A DNA stretch of 58,225 nucleotides from positions 1 to 58,225 of IMG/VR virus record IMGVR_UViG_3300001167_000001; one strand, written 5' to 3'. A model generated the notes under the pieces. That model saw only the letters and a program-made list of their open reading frames with translations. It was not told the DNA's origin and ran no database searches. The DNA comes from a virus. The position numbers and the translations under genes were made by a program. Shown in pieces: positions 16,686 to 25,407 of the stretch. Each line of letters opens with the position of its first letter. The stretch's first letter is position 1.

Positions 16686-17342
16686 CTACTTCTTTCCCTT
16701 GGCAAGCTGCGCCTTAGCATAGTGCGCCTCAAGCGCCTTGGCCACGAATTTTTCGCGCCCCTCTTTGGTCTTCGGGGCGAACTTGTCCGCTGTGCGATTG
16801 ATTTCTTTTTGAATGTCGGCGGGGGCGTCGGATATTTTCAGCCACGGCCCCGACGTACGGCGCGTACGAGTTGTGCCAGTATCGCCGTCCGCTGGGCCGT
16901 CGCTAGTGCGTGTTTTCTTTTCTTTTGCTTTGGCAGCGGCGTCCGCTTCCTCTGCTTCTCGCGCTTCACGTTCTTCGTCAGTTTCGTTTTCCGGCGGATC
17001 TTTGACAGCCGGTTTAAATTCTTCATCCACGACTTTGACCAGCGCCGCCGTGAACTCGGCAGCCGTGCCGAATTTCTTGGGGTCCATGGTCTTGCCAAGT
17101 TCGATTGTGCGGCCTGATTTCTTCGGGTCCACGCCGAACCATGGCAGTTTGTTCAGCTCCGCGCGTATCTCAGTATCACCGTACGCCGTTGATGGCTTGG
17201 GCGCGGCGGCGGTGTTCAAGTCGCTAAGTTTCGCGGCTACTTTGCGCGCTGCTTCCGTGTCGCCGTTGGTTACGGCAGTGTCCAGTTCTGCTTGCAGGCC
17301 GTTCCGGGCTTGCTCTAGCAGCATGACGTTAAGATCGGGCAT
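16686..17342 (-). CDS. Scaffolding-like protein (218 aa)
   Basis: Highly charged, helical, with E/K/A-rich acidic stretches. Its position between portal and capsid-related genes fits a scaffold. Confidence 0.5.
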   Translation of the reverse strand: MPDLNVMLLEQARNGLQAELDTAVTNGDTEAARKVAAKLSDLNTAAAPKPSTAYGDTEIRAELNKLPWFGVDPKKSGRTIELGKTMDPKKFGTAAEFTAALVKVVDEEFKPAVKDPPENETDEEREAREAEEADAAAKAKEKKTRTSDGPADGDTGTTRTRRTSGPWLKISDAPADIQKEINRTADKFAPKTKEGREKFVAKALEAHYAKAQLAKGKK

Positions 17343-17820
17343 GGGGCACCTTTATGCGCTCACGGTACGGCTCCGGGCTGCCCGTTGGTTTGGGTGCTGG
17401 CGTCCCGGCTGTCTTAGCTTCGTCATCCCATATCAGTGTCGCTGGGTCCGGCATCTTATCGGACGGTACGAGGCCGATTACATCTTGAAAACTGGACAGA
17501 TAGCGCCAGTTGCCGGCGCCGGCAACTTTGCCGCCTATTGTCTGCGTACCGGCGTACGGACGGAAAATAACCCAGTCACCCATACTTACAGGCTGCCGTG
17601 CTAGATTCCCCTCTGCGTCTTTGTAGACAAACGCAAGCGGACCCATAGCGACGACACGGCCAACCATGACATTGTGAATTGCCAAGTCCCGGTACATATC
17701 GGGGATTATCATGCCGCCGACCATCTTCGGCGGCAGCGGCAGCCGAACGAGCACCATGTCCCGCGTCGGCTGTACGTCGCCGTGGGGGATCGCGAAATCA
17801 TGTACGCCGATGTTGCTCAT
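17329..17820 (-). CDS. GroES/Cpn10-like co-chaperonin domain protein with C-terminal extension (163 aa)
   Basis: VQPTRDMVLVRL...GGMIIPD...VGRVVAMGP...MGDWVIFRPYAGT follows the GroES pattern (I.P..DRVLV...GGI..P...G.VVAVG...GD.V.F..Y.GT). Confidence 0.55.
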   Translation of the reverse strand: MSNIGVHDFAIPHGDVQPTRDMVLVRLPLPPKMVGGMIIPDMYRDLAIHNVMVGRVVAMGPLAFVYKDAEGNLARQPVSMGDWVIFRPYAGTQTIGGKVAGAGNWRYLSSFQDVIGLVPSDKMPDPATLIWDDEAKTAGTPAPKPTGSPEPYRERIKVPHARS

Positions 17821-18046
17821 TCATTTTCCGATTTGCGTTCTCAAAAATTTCGCTGATTTCTTCCGGCGTTTTACGAAGCAGCCGCTCGACTTCATGCCAG
17901 CCCGCTACCAGCCCCTGCATCGCCGGGAGCACCTCCCGCCCCGTCAGAAATTCCTCCACCGGCCCCGCCTGCCGGAACTTGAGGTACGTCACCAGGGCTC
18001 TGGTTTCCTGACTGTTGAGCCATTCCGCTAAGGATGCCGTCTGCAT
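17798..18046 (-). CDS. Hypothetical helical protein (82 aa) overlapping the portal 3' end
   Basis: Well-formed protein-like sequence. Overlaps the portal ORF by 155 nt in another frame. Confidence 0.4.
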   Translation of the reverse strand: MQTASLAEWLNSQETRALVTYLKFRQAGPVEEFLTGREVLPAMQGLVAGWHEVERLLRKTPEEISEIFENANRKMNEQHRRT

Positions 18047-19826
18047 TGTTCGCGCCCGCCATCAGCTCTTGTACGGTTTGTTCTATCTGTGCCATTTGCA
18101 GCAAAGCCGCTCGATTGTCAAGCATCCCGCCGCTAGCTTCAACCATATTTAGCAGTGCTTGAGTAAGCTGCATAGCCACCGTGGCCTTGGCCTTCATTTG
18201 GTCAATTTGCAGCTTGCCCAGGCCGATCATGCCCTTCATTTTTTCGTTCGGTGTGGCTTGTGGCGCCTGCGGACCTTGGCCCAGCAATTTTTGCGGGTCA
18301 GGAAGCCGCAGCGTACGGTACAGCCGCATACGGACTTCATCCCATTTCGTCATGGGATCTTTCATCAATTCCATGTAAATGCCAGCCAGCGCCGTACGCT
18401 GCATTTCGGTCGCCAACGACGGGTCTGCCGTAACCGCCACGCCGTCCTTGCCGGAAGCCGATACGTTTTCGGGCAGCATATCGTATGCGTCCGCCATCTG
18501 AACGAACATGCGGAATTCTTGGGTCATGGACGCAACAAGCCGCCGATGTACAGCGGACTGAACCTGTGTACCCGTATCTATAATGCCCTTCGCCATGGTG
18601 GCAGTCATGGACGAAGGCGCGTTTTCCAAAAGGTTCAGCGTGCCGGCTAAGCGGTCGCCAAGTGTCATCAATTTTTCAAGCGTCGCGACCGAGCCCGGCG
18701 ACACCGATTTAACCGGGAATGGGGAGAACCTGTTAGCGAGCGGGGCGCCGTCCGTGTTGACAGTAGCAATGCGATTGTTTTTCAGTTCGATCTTGTCGGG
18801 CAGGCCAAAGCCGCCGCCGGCAAGCACGCCGCCATTTTCGCTTTCGCTTTTGGCGGTATCGACAATCGACCCCAAAAGCCGATCGGCGGAACTCTCCGTA
18901 CGGTCCAGTAATTTACCGAACCCCATTGGAAGGAAACCGCCCCTCGGGTCCGGCAGGAAACGGTACGGATAGAAGCGACGAATTGGATTGAAAAACAAAA
19001 CCTCTGTCGTACTTACGACAGTCTTTTTAGACCATCGAGGTTTTATACGTACGATTTCCGGTGTGTCGTCCCGCGAGATAACTACGGTCCATGGTTCGTC
19101 TATTTCGTCGCCGTCAAGATCGAGCCATAAATCGGTTTCGTAAAATCGCTTTGGCGCTTGTGGATCGCGCTCGTCATACACCGGCTCATAATCAATCCAC
19201 TTTTTTCGTTCGATCATGCGGTCTATCTCGTACGGATAGCGTTCAAACACATCCGTAATGCGCGGTGCGCGCTCTACCGAACGAACGTTGTTGTTTATGA
19301 TAACATCCGTACACGGACGAAAAGAAGAATGAAATACGCGGTCTGTGTCGTCAAAATCGCGTTTACGCCAGCCAAGTCCCGTGACGGACATGTGGATTAT
19401 CAGCGGGTCTGTGTCCAAGGTCCAATTCGGGTCTTTTGTACGGAGCTGGCTTGACACCCATGCCGCAAGTTCTTCGCCGCCGGGCTCGCTGGCCCGCGCT
19501 AAGTCGGGTTCGCCCAGCAAAGCATCGGTTGCGCGGGCTGAGAATTGAATGACCGCCGATAGCGTCATTTCGGTTTTTGGCGGCGGCTCCTCCCCAGCGC
19601 CTTCTTGCTCGCGGTCATTTGGATTGTCGTTTTTGTCGTTTTCGATTTTGTCCAAGTAGCCTTTGGCGCTTCCAAGCCAATCCGACATTGATTGTTCGTC
19701 TACGCCGACCAGCGCAATAATGTCGATTGCGAGCGTACGACGCTCATCCGAACTGAGTTTTTCAGCGACGTTGCCAAAATCTTGCGGCTTCGTCAGGTCC
19801 AGCTTCAAAACGGGAAGATCGCGCAT
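17892..19826 (-). CDS. Portal protein (644 aa from ATG 19826)
   Basis: Size, acidic N-terminal region, position next to the scaffold and divergent from the capsid gene. AAGGA SD before 19826. Low-complexity G/A/D C-terminal tail. Confidence 0.7.
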   Translation of the reverse strand: MRDLPVLKLDLTKPQDFGNVAEKLSSDERRTLAIDIIALVGVDEQSMSDWLGSAKGYLDKIENDKNDNPNDREQEGAGEEPPPKTEMTLSAVIQFSARATDALLGEPDLARASEPGGEELAAWVSSQLRTKDPNWTLDTDPLIIHMSVTGLGWRKRDFDDTDRVFHSSFRPCTDVIINNNVRSVERAPRITDVFERYPYEIDRMIERKKWIDYEPVYDERDPQAPKRFYETDLWLDLDGDEIDEPWTVVISRDDTPEIVRIKPRWSKKTVVSTTEVLFFNPIRRFYPYRFLPDPRGGFLPMGFGKLLDRTESSADRLLGSIVDTAKSESENGGVLAGGGFGLPDKIELKNNRIATVNTDGAPLANRFSPFPVKSVSPGSVATLEKLMTLGDRLAGTLNLLENAPSSMTATMAKGIIDTGTQVQSAVHRRLVASMTQEFRMFVQMADAYDMLPENVSASGKDGVAVTADPSLATEMQRTALAGIYMELMKDPMTKWDEVRMRLYRTLRLPDPQKLLGQGPQAPQATPNEKMKGMIGLGKLQIDQMKAKATVAMQLTQALLNMVEASGGMLDNRAALLQMAQIEQTVQELMAGANNADGILSGMAQQSGNQSPGDVPQVPAGGAGGGISDGAGGAPGDAGAGSGLA

Positions 19827-19981
19827 GGAGTCCTTTGTATGACAGTCGGTATGACAAATCAAGGGGCCTTATACCATATATTGCGTTTGCCCGCATTGGG
19901 TGCTAAGTTCCACTCTCTTGTCGGGCATTTTACCGCTTTTGCATCATCGGCCTCGCATGGCTGCAACGTACGGAGATTGAC

Positions 19982-20914
19982 GTGCAAGTAATCGATCGCA
20001 GTTTGCAAAGCAGCCAATACTGGCCAGGACTTTTTGCCCTTTTCGGGCTCGATTACGAGCGATTGGATCCAATCTACACCAAGTTCTTCGACACCAAACC
20101 CTCGGAAAAAGCGTTCGAGGAATTCATGACTGAGCGCGCCGGCCTCGGCCTCGCCGTTCAGCAGCCGGAATTGGAGCCCGTTCAATTCGACGTACCGAAC
20201 GAAGGCTACCGCACTCAGGTCACACACGCTTCGTACGGCCTCGCCGTTGCGGTGTCCCGCGAAGCCGAAGACGACAATCTGTACGAAGATGTCGGCGCCC
20301 GCATGATGAAAGAGCTGGCATTCAGTGCGCGGCAGACTGAGGAATACATCGCCCACGCACCGCTTCAGGTCGCCGTGGACACCGTGAACGGCGTGCGTGC
20401 CGATGGTGTCCCGCTCGGCTCCGCAAGTCACCCGACTGCTTCCGGTTTGCAAAGCAATCTCCTTGTTTCGGCCAACGTGTCGGAACTGGCATTTGAAAAT
20501 GCCGTCATCCAGATTTCGTACACACGCAACGGTCGCGGTTTTATTATCAATGAGTTGCCACGTCGCGTTATTCTGTCGCCGGAAAGCGGCCCGGAAACCC
20601 GGCGCATTCTCGGCTCGCCGTTGCAGTGGAACGCGCAGACGAACAATATCAACGTCCTGCGATCGACCGGCGCCCTGCCGGAAGTGATCGAGACTCCGTA
20701 CCTTGTGGATAAGGACAACTATTTCATCCAAACGTCCGAACAAGACAAAGACAACGGCCAAGGCTTCACATTTTGGGAGCGTTCCGCGCTGGAAATGCGC
20801 GAAGACAGCAACTGGAGCAACCAAGCGAAGCTCATGGCGCTATGGTTCCGGTGTGCCGCTTCCATAGTGGACTGGAGAACCGTTTATGTCTCCCCCGGCG
20901 CAGATAATGCGTAA
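19982..20914 (+). CDS. Major capsid protein (HK97-fold type, 310 aa, GTG start)
   Basis: GGAGA 5 nt before the GTG. Size and composition are typical of a coat protein. A strong terminator follows. Confidence 0.65.
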   Translation: MQVIDRSLQSSQYWPGLFALFGLDYERLDPIYTKFFDTKPSEKAFEEFMTERAGLGLAVQQPELEPVQFDVPNEGYRTQVTHASYGLAVAVSREAEDDNLYEDVGARMMKELAFSARQTEEYIAHAPLQVAVDTVNGVRADGVPLGSASHPTASGLQSNLLVSANVSELAFENAVIQISYTRNGRGFIINELPRRVILSPESGPETRRILGSPLQWNAQTNNINVLRSTGALPEVIETPYLVDKDNYFIQTSEQDKDNGQGFTFWERSALEMREDSNWSNQAKLMALWFRCAASIVDWRTVYVSPGADNA

Positions 20915-20953
20915 GGCGTAGTTGCGTTTTTGGCGTTTGAATCTCCCTAGACT

Positions 20954-20988
20954 AGGCCCCTGTCCACCCGCGACGGGGGCCTTTTTTA
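20954..20988 (+). terminator. Rho-independent terminator after the capsid gene
   Basis: AGGCCCC...GGGGCCT stem (with inner GTC/GAC pairs) followed by TTTTTTA. Confidence 0.7.
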
Positions 20989-20989
20989 T

Positions 20990-21547
20990 TTATCCAAATT
21001 CCATGTCTTGCAGTGATCGTTTGAGTCCCTGAAGAACTGTGATGGTAACGGATTCGGGCCACACATTTTTAGCGACGTTCCACCACAATGAAACCACGCT
21101 AATGTTATCGACCGTGTACCCTTTCGTCCCGTCAATTCGATCTATGGAAGGCGCGAATGGGTGGCGGGAAGCAATTAACACAAAAGGCTGTTGTATGTAC
21201 GGACAGACCGTATTTAAGATTCGATCTGCTATGTCGTCCGCGTTTAAATCGTAAGCTAACCCACGTTTCCTGCACCGATGGCGTACACCTCTTAGCAATG
21301 ATTTTGCTCTGCCAAGTGCAGTTAGGCGTCTTTTCTTTTGAAGATTGAGCGCGCGTTCTTTTGTTTCTGGGCGCGCGTTGTGTATTTTAGCAAGTGCGGC
21401 TCTGCGCTCCTTATTTGCGGCAGCCCACGCTTGACGCGCAGCTCTGCGCTCCGGGGTCGCCTCCAACGCCTTGCGCCTTGCTCGGTTCTCTAGGTTCCTG
21501 TTATACTCACGCTGTCGGGCGCGCTTTCGCTCTAGGTCTTCAGCCAT
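20990..21547 (-). CDS. HNH/His-Me-finger homing-endonuclease-like protein (185 aa from ATG 21547; TTG 21571 possible)
   Basis: PSIDRIDGTKGYTVDNISVVSLWWNVAKN. N-terminal basic repeats (Y.RN.E.R...) like the other HNH genes. Confidence 0.6.
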   Translation of the reverse strand: MAEDLERKRARQREYNRNLENRARRKALEATPERRAARQAWAAANKERRAALAKIHNARPETKERALNLQKKRRLTALGRAKSLLRGVRHRCRKRGLAYDLNADDIADRILNTVCPYIQQPFVLIASRHPFAPSIDRIDGTKGYTVDNISVVSLWWNVAKNVWPESVTITVLQGLKRSLQDMEFG

Positions 21548-22157
21548 GGCCGTCCATACCTCCAAGCCCAAATTTCCATCCTACGCCGTATGGGGGGCTT
21601 GTAGCAGGTGCAATGCAAGGTGTCTAGCTAGTACTCTCAAACGCGAGCGGCTTACCGGGCTCTTGGTATGCACGAAGGCCAGCGGACGCGCCACGCGCCC
21701 TTGCTTTGATCCCTGGCCCGCGATTTTCGACTTCCAAGCCTTCCCTGACAAGTCGACTGAGCCACCCCCGGAACCGCTGCCGCTCCGTTGGAACCTCGAC
21801 GCCATATGGGGCAACGGCCCTGTGAGCGGCACCACGACGGTTTTCGCTGCCGCGCCTGCCGCAGCGCCGGACGACGCCACGCGGCTCGCCAAGCTGCTTA
21901 CGTCGGTTCCCTACTACGCCAATCTTGGGAAGTCGGCGGCGTTCATGGGACCGAACGCGCCGGTATCGAATGCGGTTACAAATTTGACGACCATCGTGCC
22001 GCAGGATTACGATGGTACTTTCATCCCAAGTTCATCTGTGCGTACGGTGACGCCGCCAGTCGAAGCAAGCGAACTGGCAGCCGTGACCATGACGGACCCG
22101 GATTTGCCGAACGATCAATTATGGTCGCCGCCTTGGGCTGCCGTGAAGCAGGTTTAA
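21546..22157 (+). CDS. Hypothetical virion-module protein (203 aa)
   Basis: ATG 21546 within tracked ORF 21471..22157. Cys cluster near the N-terminus. First gene of the adaptor operon. Confidence 0.45.
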   Translation: MAVHTSKPKFPSYAVWGACSRCNARCLASTLKRERLTGLLVCTKASGRATRPCFDPWPAIFDFQAFPDKSTEPPPEPLPLRWNLDAIWGNGPVSGTTTVFAAAPAAAPDDATRLAKLLTSVPYYANLGKSAAFMGPNAPVSNAVTNLTTIVPQDYDGTFIPSSSVRTVTPPVEASELAAVTMTDPDLPNDQLWSPPWAAVKQV

Positions 22158-22158
22158 G

Positions 22159-22317
22159 ATGGACGCCAAGCCGTCGCCCGAAGTTAAAGCAATCCTAAAA
22201 GAGTGGTGCGAAATGCAACGCGCCAAGTACGGACCCGATTGGAAGCGGATACTCGCAAATGAAATGGCTGCGAAAAGCGCTCCCATACTTTCTGCGTTCT
22301 TAGGTCTTCAGAAATGA
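22159..22317 (+). CDS. Hypothetical small protein (52 aa, below the ORF-track cutoff)
   Basis: Hand translation MDAKPSPEVKAILKEWCEMQRAKYGPDWKRILANEMAAKSAPILSAFLGLQK. ATGA coupling to 22314. Confidence 0.45.
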   Translation: MDAKPSPEVKAILKEWCEMQRAKYGPDWKRILANEMAAKSAPILSAFLGLQK

Positions 22318-22997
22318 CCACAGCCGCCCAAATCGTAGCCGGAGCCCTGCACCTGTTCGGCATCACGGACCAAACGGAACAGCCAACAGCGACGGACACA
22401 GCGAACAACGTCATCATCCTAAATGACTTGCTTCGCAACGAACAGGCAGACGGCGCCTGCCAGTACCTTATCAAGCGCCTTGCGGTGACTTTGCCGCCCG
22501 GCACCAACGGACAAGTATACAGTTTCGTGGTTGGCAATGGCAGTCCCAGTTATCTGGTTCAGGTTGATGCGGTAGCCGTACGCGCAATTTGGATGAACGA
22601 CATAAATATCACGGTAAACCGCGAAACGCGTATGTCGCCGATAGCGGACTGCGTACGCACGACGTACCCCGGCATCGTAACCAAGTGGCACCAAGAACGG
22701 CAAACGGACGGCTCCGTGCTGGTCACAGCATGGCAGCCGCCCCGCGCTCCCGCGAAGGCGCTGATTGAGTACGGCGGCCGGCTCGCGTTGATCTCCGCGG
22801 CGGATGGTAGCGACGTAGTTGCGCTCCCGCCGGAAGGCATACACGACGCCACGCTGTTGCTGGGGCGCCGCATTATGGGTTCGTACGGTCGCGTGCTGAG
22901 CCCGACCGATCCTATCATTGTGGATGCCGAGCGTGTCAATACGCGATGGCGTGATTACGCTCGCGGCCAAATGTGGCTCCGATTTGTGCGCGCATAG
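22314..22997 (+). CDS. Head-to-tail adaptor, P22 gp4-like (227 aa)
   Basis: The N-terminus AAQIVAGALHLFGITDQTEQPTATDTANNVIILNDLL follows the gp4-type pattern (..ALRKLGV....L...E......D.L..M..EW). Confidence 0.45.
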   Translation: MTTAAQIVAGALHLFGITDQTEQPTATDTANNVIILNDLLRNEQADGACQYLIKRLAVTLPPGTNGQVYSFVVGNGSPSYLVQVDAVAVRAIWMNDINITVNRETRMSPIADCVRTTYPGIVTKWHQERQTDGSVLVTAWQPPRAPAKALIEYGGRLALISAADGSDVVALPPEGIHDATLLLGRRIMGSYGRVLSPTDPIIVDAERVNTRWRDYARGQMWLRFVRA

Positions 22998-24440
22998 ATG
23001 GGCGCAATCGACATACTAGGTTCGTTCCAAGATCCCCTCAACTTAGACCAAGGGGCGGGAAAACTTGTCAACGTGCGCGTCGTACCGCGCGAGCAAAAGG
23101 AAGGCAAACCCGGCAAAGCACGTCTTGTTGGTGCGCCGGGTCTTACACAAGTTTGTGCGCCGTCTGTTGCGCCGTGCATCACCATAGGGCAAGCACTGGA
23201 AACGGTGTGGACCGGGCACGCAGACGGCTCGATATTCTACGGCGTAGAAACAGGGGCGCCGACGTTGGCAGGCTTCGTTGCAGTCAATGCGCAACAACCG
23301 ATCATACGCTTTGCCGAAGATCGTACAGCGCTCGCCATTGCATCCAATTCAAATACCAATAACGTAGCAGAATACGGCACCGGCTACACGGCGACGCCAG
23401 CGGCCGGCGTTTCTAATGCCAATTTTGATGCTTTGATAAATTTCGATCCGTCTGCTGTCGCTGAATTGAACAACATTACTATATGGTCCGCCGCGTCTAA
23501 TTTCTATGCTAATCAAGACGCCAAAATGTACAGTTCGGAACCGCTGGCGCCGGCCAATGTGCTACCGAACAGTTTTGCGACGAAGGAAGCTCGCGCTGAT
23601 CGCGTCGTAGATCTTGCCGTGTCGGGGCTTGTTTTGTGGCCGCTTGGCTCCCGCTCGCTTGAACAGTGGTATGATCCCGGCGGCCAAACCGATTTCGCAT
23701 TCACGGCATACCCCAACTCGCTCTATTCTGTGGGACTGGCCTCGCGTCTGTCTCTGGCGATCCTTCGCGACATAATCATGTTCGTGGGAACCGATCGCCG
23801 AATATGGATGTGCTCAGGGCAGACAGCTCAACCAATATCGCCGCCGTGGATTGATTTGCTTTTGCAGCAACTCACGGCTGCGACGCTGGCGACGCTCACA
23901 GCGTACGCGTACGGCCAAGGCGGCGGCGATTTCTACGTACTGACACTCCCCGGCCAGTGGACTTTGGAACTGTGTGGTTCAACCGGCGTGTGGTCTTACC
24001 GACAGACGCCGGGTGGCCGCTTGGACCACGCGGGCCGCTGTGCCACGGAATTTAGTGGTGGCATTACGTACGTCGGGCTGGATACCGGCCAAGTCTGCAC
24101 TGTAGACATAAACAGCGATGCGGAGCCGGCCGGCGCTTTGCAGCGCGCGATAATAACGCCTTGGCTCGGCAGCCAGGAAGCACGGCAGACGTACAATTCA
24201 ATCGACGTAACATCGTCCATGGGGCCGGCAGCTGGTAACTTTCAACTGGACTGGTCCGAAGATAAAGCTGTGACGTGGCGCGGTACTCGGCAAATCACGA
24301 TGCCACAACCCGGAATCCGGCGTGCGATTGGACGCGATTTCGGTACGGGGCGGCGTCGCCAATTCCGTTTGCAGTACAGTGGCGTACAAGCGCCATTTAC
24401 GATAGATGAGTTTTTCGCACAGATTTCGGCGGGTACGTAG
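22998..24440 (+). CDS. Tail hub / DNA-stabilisation protein, P22 gp10-sized (480 aa)
   Basis: Position after the gp4-like gene, and size close to gp10. Confidence 0.4.
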   Translation: MGAIDILGSFQDPLNLDQGAGKLVNVRVVPREQKEGKPGKARLVGAPGLTQVCAPSVAPCITIGQALETVWTGHADGSIFYGVETGAPTLAGFVAVNAQQPIIRFAEDRTALAIASNSNTNNVAEYGTGYTATPAAGVSNANFDALINFDPSAVAELNNITIWSAASNFYANQDAKMYSSEPLAPANVLPNSFATKEARADRVVDLAVSGLVLWPLGSRSLEQWYDPGGQTDFAFTAYPNSLYSVGLASRLSLAILRDIIMFVGTDRRIWMCSGQTAQPISPPWIDLLLQQLTAATLATLTAYAYGQGGGDFYVLTLPGQWTLELCGSTGVWSYRQTPGGRLDHAGRCATEFSGGITYVGLDTGQVCTVDINSDAEPAGALQRAIITPWLGSQEARQTYNSIDVTSSMGPAAGNFQLDWSEDKAVTWRGTRQITMPQPGIRRAIGRDFGTGRRRQFRLQYSGVQAPFTIDEFFAQISAGT

Positions 24441-24461
24441 TCCTGAAGGGCAGAGATACGC

Positions 24462-24869
24462 ATGGTTCTCAAAATACCACCACCGCCGACGTTGCCGACG
24501 CAGTTTCAACAACTGAATCGGTGGCTACTGGAAATCCAATCTATTTTGAACAGCCAAGGAACTATTGATCCCGACCAGATCGCTGGGTTGCCCGCGCTCT
24601 TTACCCAAGTAGCAACTAACACCGCCAACATTGCAGCCAACACCGCAGCCATCGCCGCCGCCAATATTGAAATTACGGCGAACACCGCGGCTATCGCGAC
24701 CAATACGGTTAACATCGCAACGCTGACGGCGCGTAACCAAATCTTAAACGGTGCCGGTATTCCCGGTGCTGGGCTTGGCAACAACGGAGATTTGTATATC
24801 AATAACACAGGTGCCCCGAGTACATTCCTGTACGGCAAAATTGCTGGCTCATGGGTTGCGTTTGCCTAG
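24462..24869 (+). CDS. Coiled-coil tail needle / fibre protein (135 aa)
   Basis: Heptad repeats NTANIAANTAAIAAANIEITANTAAIATNTVNIATL. C-terminal GAGLGNNGDLYINN...LYGK..W fibre-tip motif. Confidence 0.5.
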   Translation: MVLKIPPPPTLPTQFQQLNRWLLEIQSILNSQGTIDPDQIAGLPALFTQVATNTANIAANTAAIAAANIEITANTAAIATNTVNIATLTARNQILNGAGIPGAGLGNNGDLYINNTGAPSTFLYGKIAGSWVAFA

Positions 24870-25024
24870 TGGTCTCCCGCCATGAATACGGCCAGATTTG
24901 AACATCCCCAGCAAAGCATGGCGAGCGCCATCCACGGCTTATTATCCAAAAAGTAAAGAGTCCCTATTTGGAACTCGAGAAACGCCACCGCGATCCAACT
25001 GTAAAGAATTACGGTTGTAATCAC
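24866..25024 (-). CDS. Micro-ORF, 52-aa two-TM peptide (GTG start)
   Basis: Hand translation (V)ITTVILYSWIAVAFLEFQIGTLYFLDNKPWMALAMLCWGCSNLAVFMAGDH. GGAGAGAGGG SD. Stop overlaps the needle gene stop (CTAG). Confidence 0.35.
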   Translation of the reverse strand: MITTVILYSWIAVAFLEFQIGTLYFLDNKPWMALAMLCWGCSNLAVFMAGDH

Positions 25025-25040
25025 ACCCTCTCTCCATCGC

Positions 25041-25400
25041 TTAAACTGCGAAACTAATAATGAACTGAAAATCTGCTACTGTACGTGCGATGAAATAAAG
25101 ACCGCCGGCAGCTTCCCAACGCCGTTGAAATTTTTTCTGATCCGCGTCTTGTACACCTTTGTCGTCTTTCAACTCGATTGCAATTTTGCGGCCGTCGAGC
25201 GGAAACACAAGGAAGTCAGCCACGCCGGCTAGAACACCTTTGCGCTTCATTTTGACGTGATACTGGACGTGCGCCTTGCGTTCGTTGGCGACATGGAAAA
25301 TCAGTAGCGCAGGGTGCGTCTTTTGGCACCAAGCCCACGCCTTCATATGGATCTCGTTTTCGGAAGGCCCCTTGACCTTTTTAGCGCGTTTTCTTTTCAT
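25041..25400 (-). CDS. VRR-NUC domain nuclease (119 aa)
   Basis: SENEIHMKAWAW...HVANE...KMKRKGVLAGVADFLVF...IAIELKDDKGVQDADQKKF matches the VRR-NUC pattern (E..Q...H.PN...G...G.PD...E.K...G..S..Q). Confidence 0.7.
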   Translation of the reverse strand: MKRKRAKKVKGPSENEIHMKAWAWCQKTHPALLIFHVANERKAHVQYHVKMKRKGVLAGVADFLVFPLDGRKIAIELKDDKGVQDADQKKFQRRWEAAGGLYFIARTVADFQFIISFAV

Positions 25401-25407
25401 CTGTTGT

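Noticed and set aside
17329-17820. Prohead protease as an alternative call for the gene between portal and scaffold
   Set aside because: No Ser/His or S49/ClpP-type motif is visible. The sequence follows the GroES pattern instead.
19859-20824. 321-aa minus-strand ORF opposite the capsid gene. Similar long antisense ORFs occur at 517..1176, 8925..9647, 12631..13362, 16813..17604, 22419..22970, 29840..30664 and 46054..46725.
   Set aside because: These are typical GC-rich antisense or alternative-frame open frames (Arg/Ala/Gly-rich, no SD, fully nested in better-supported genes).
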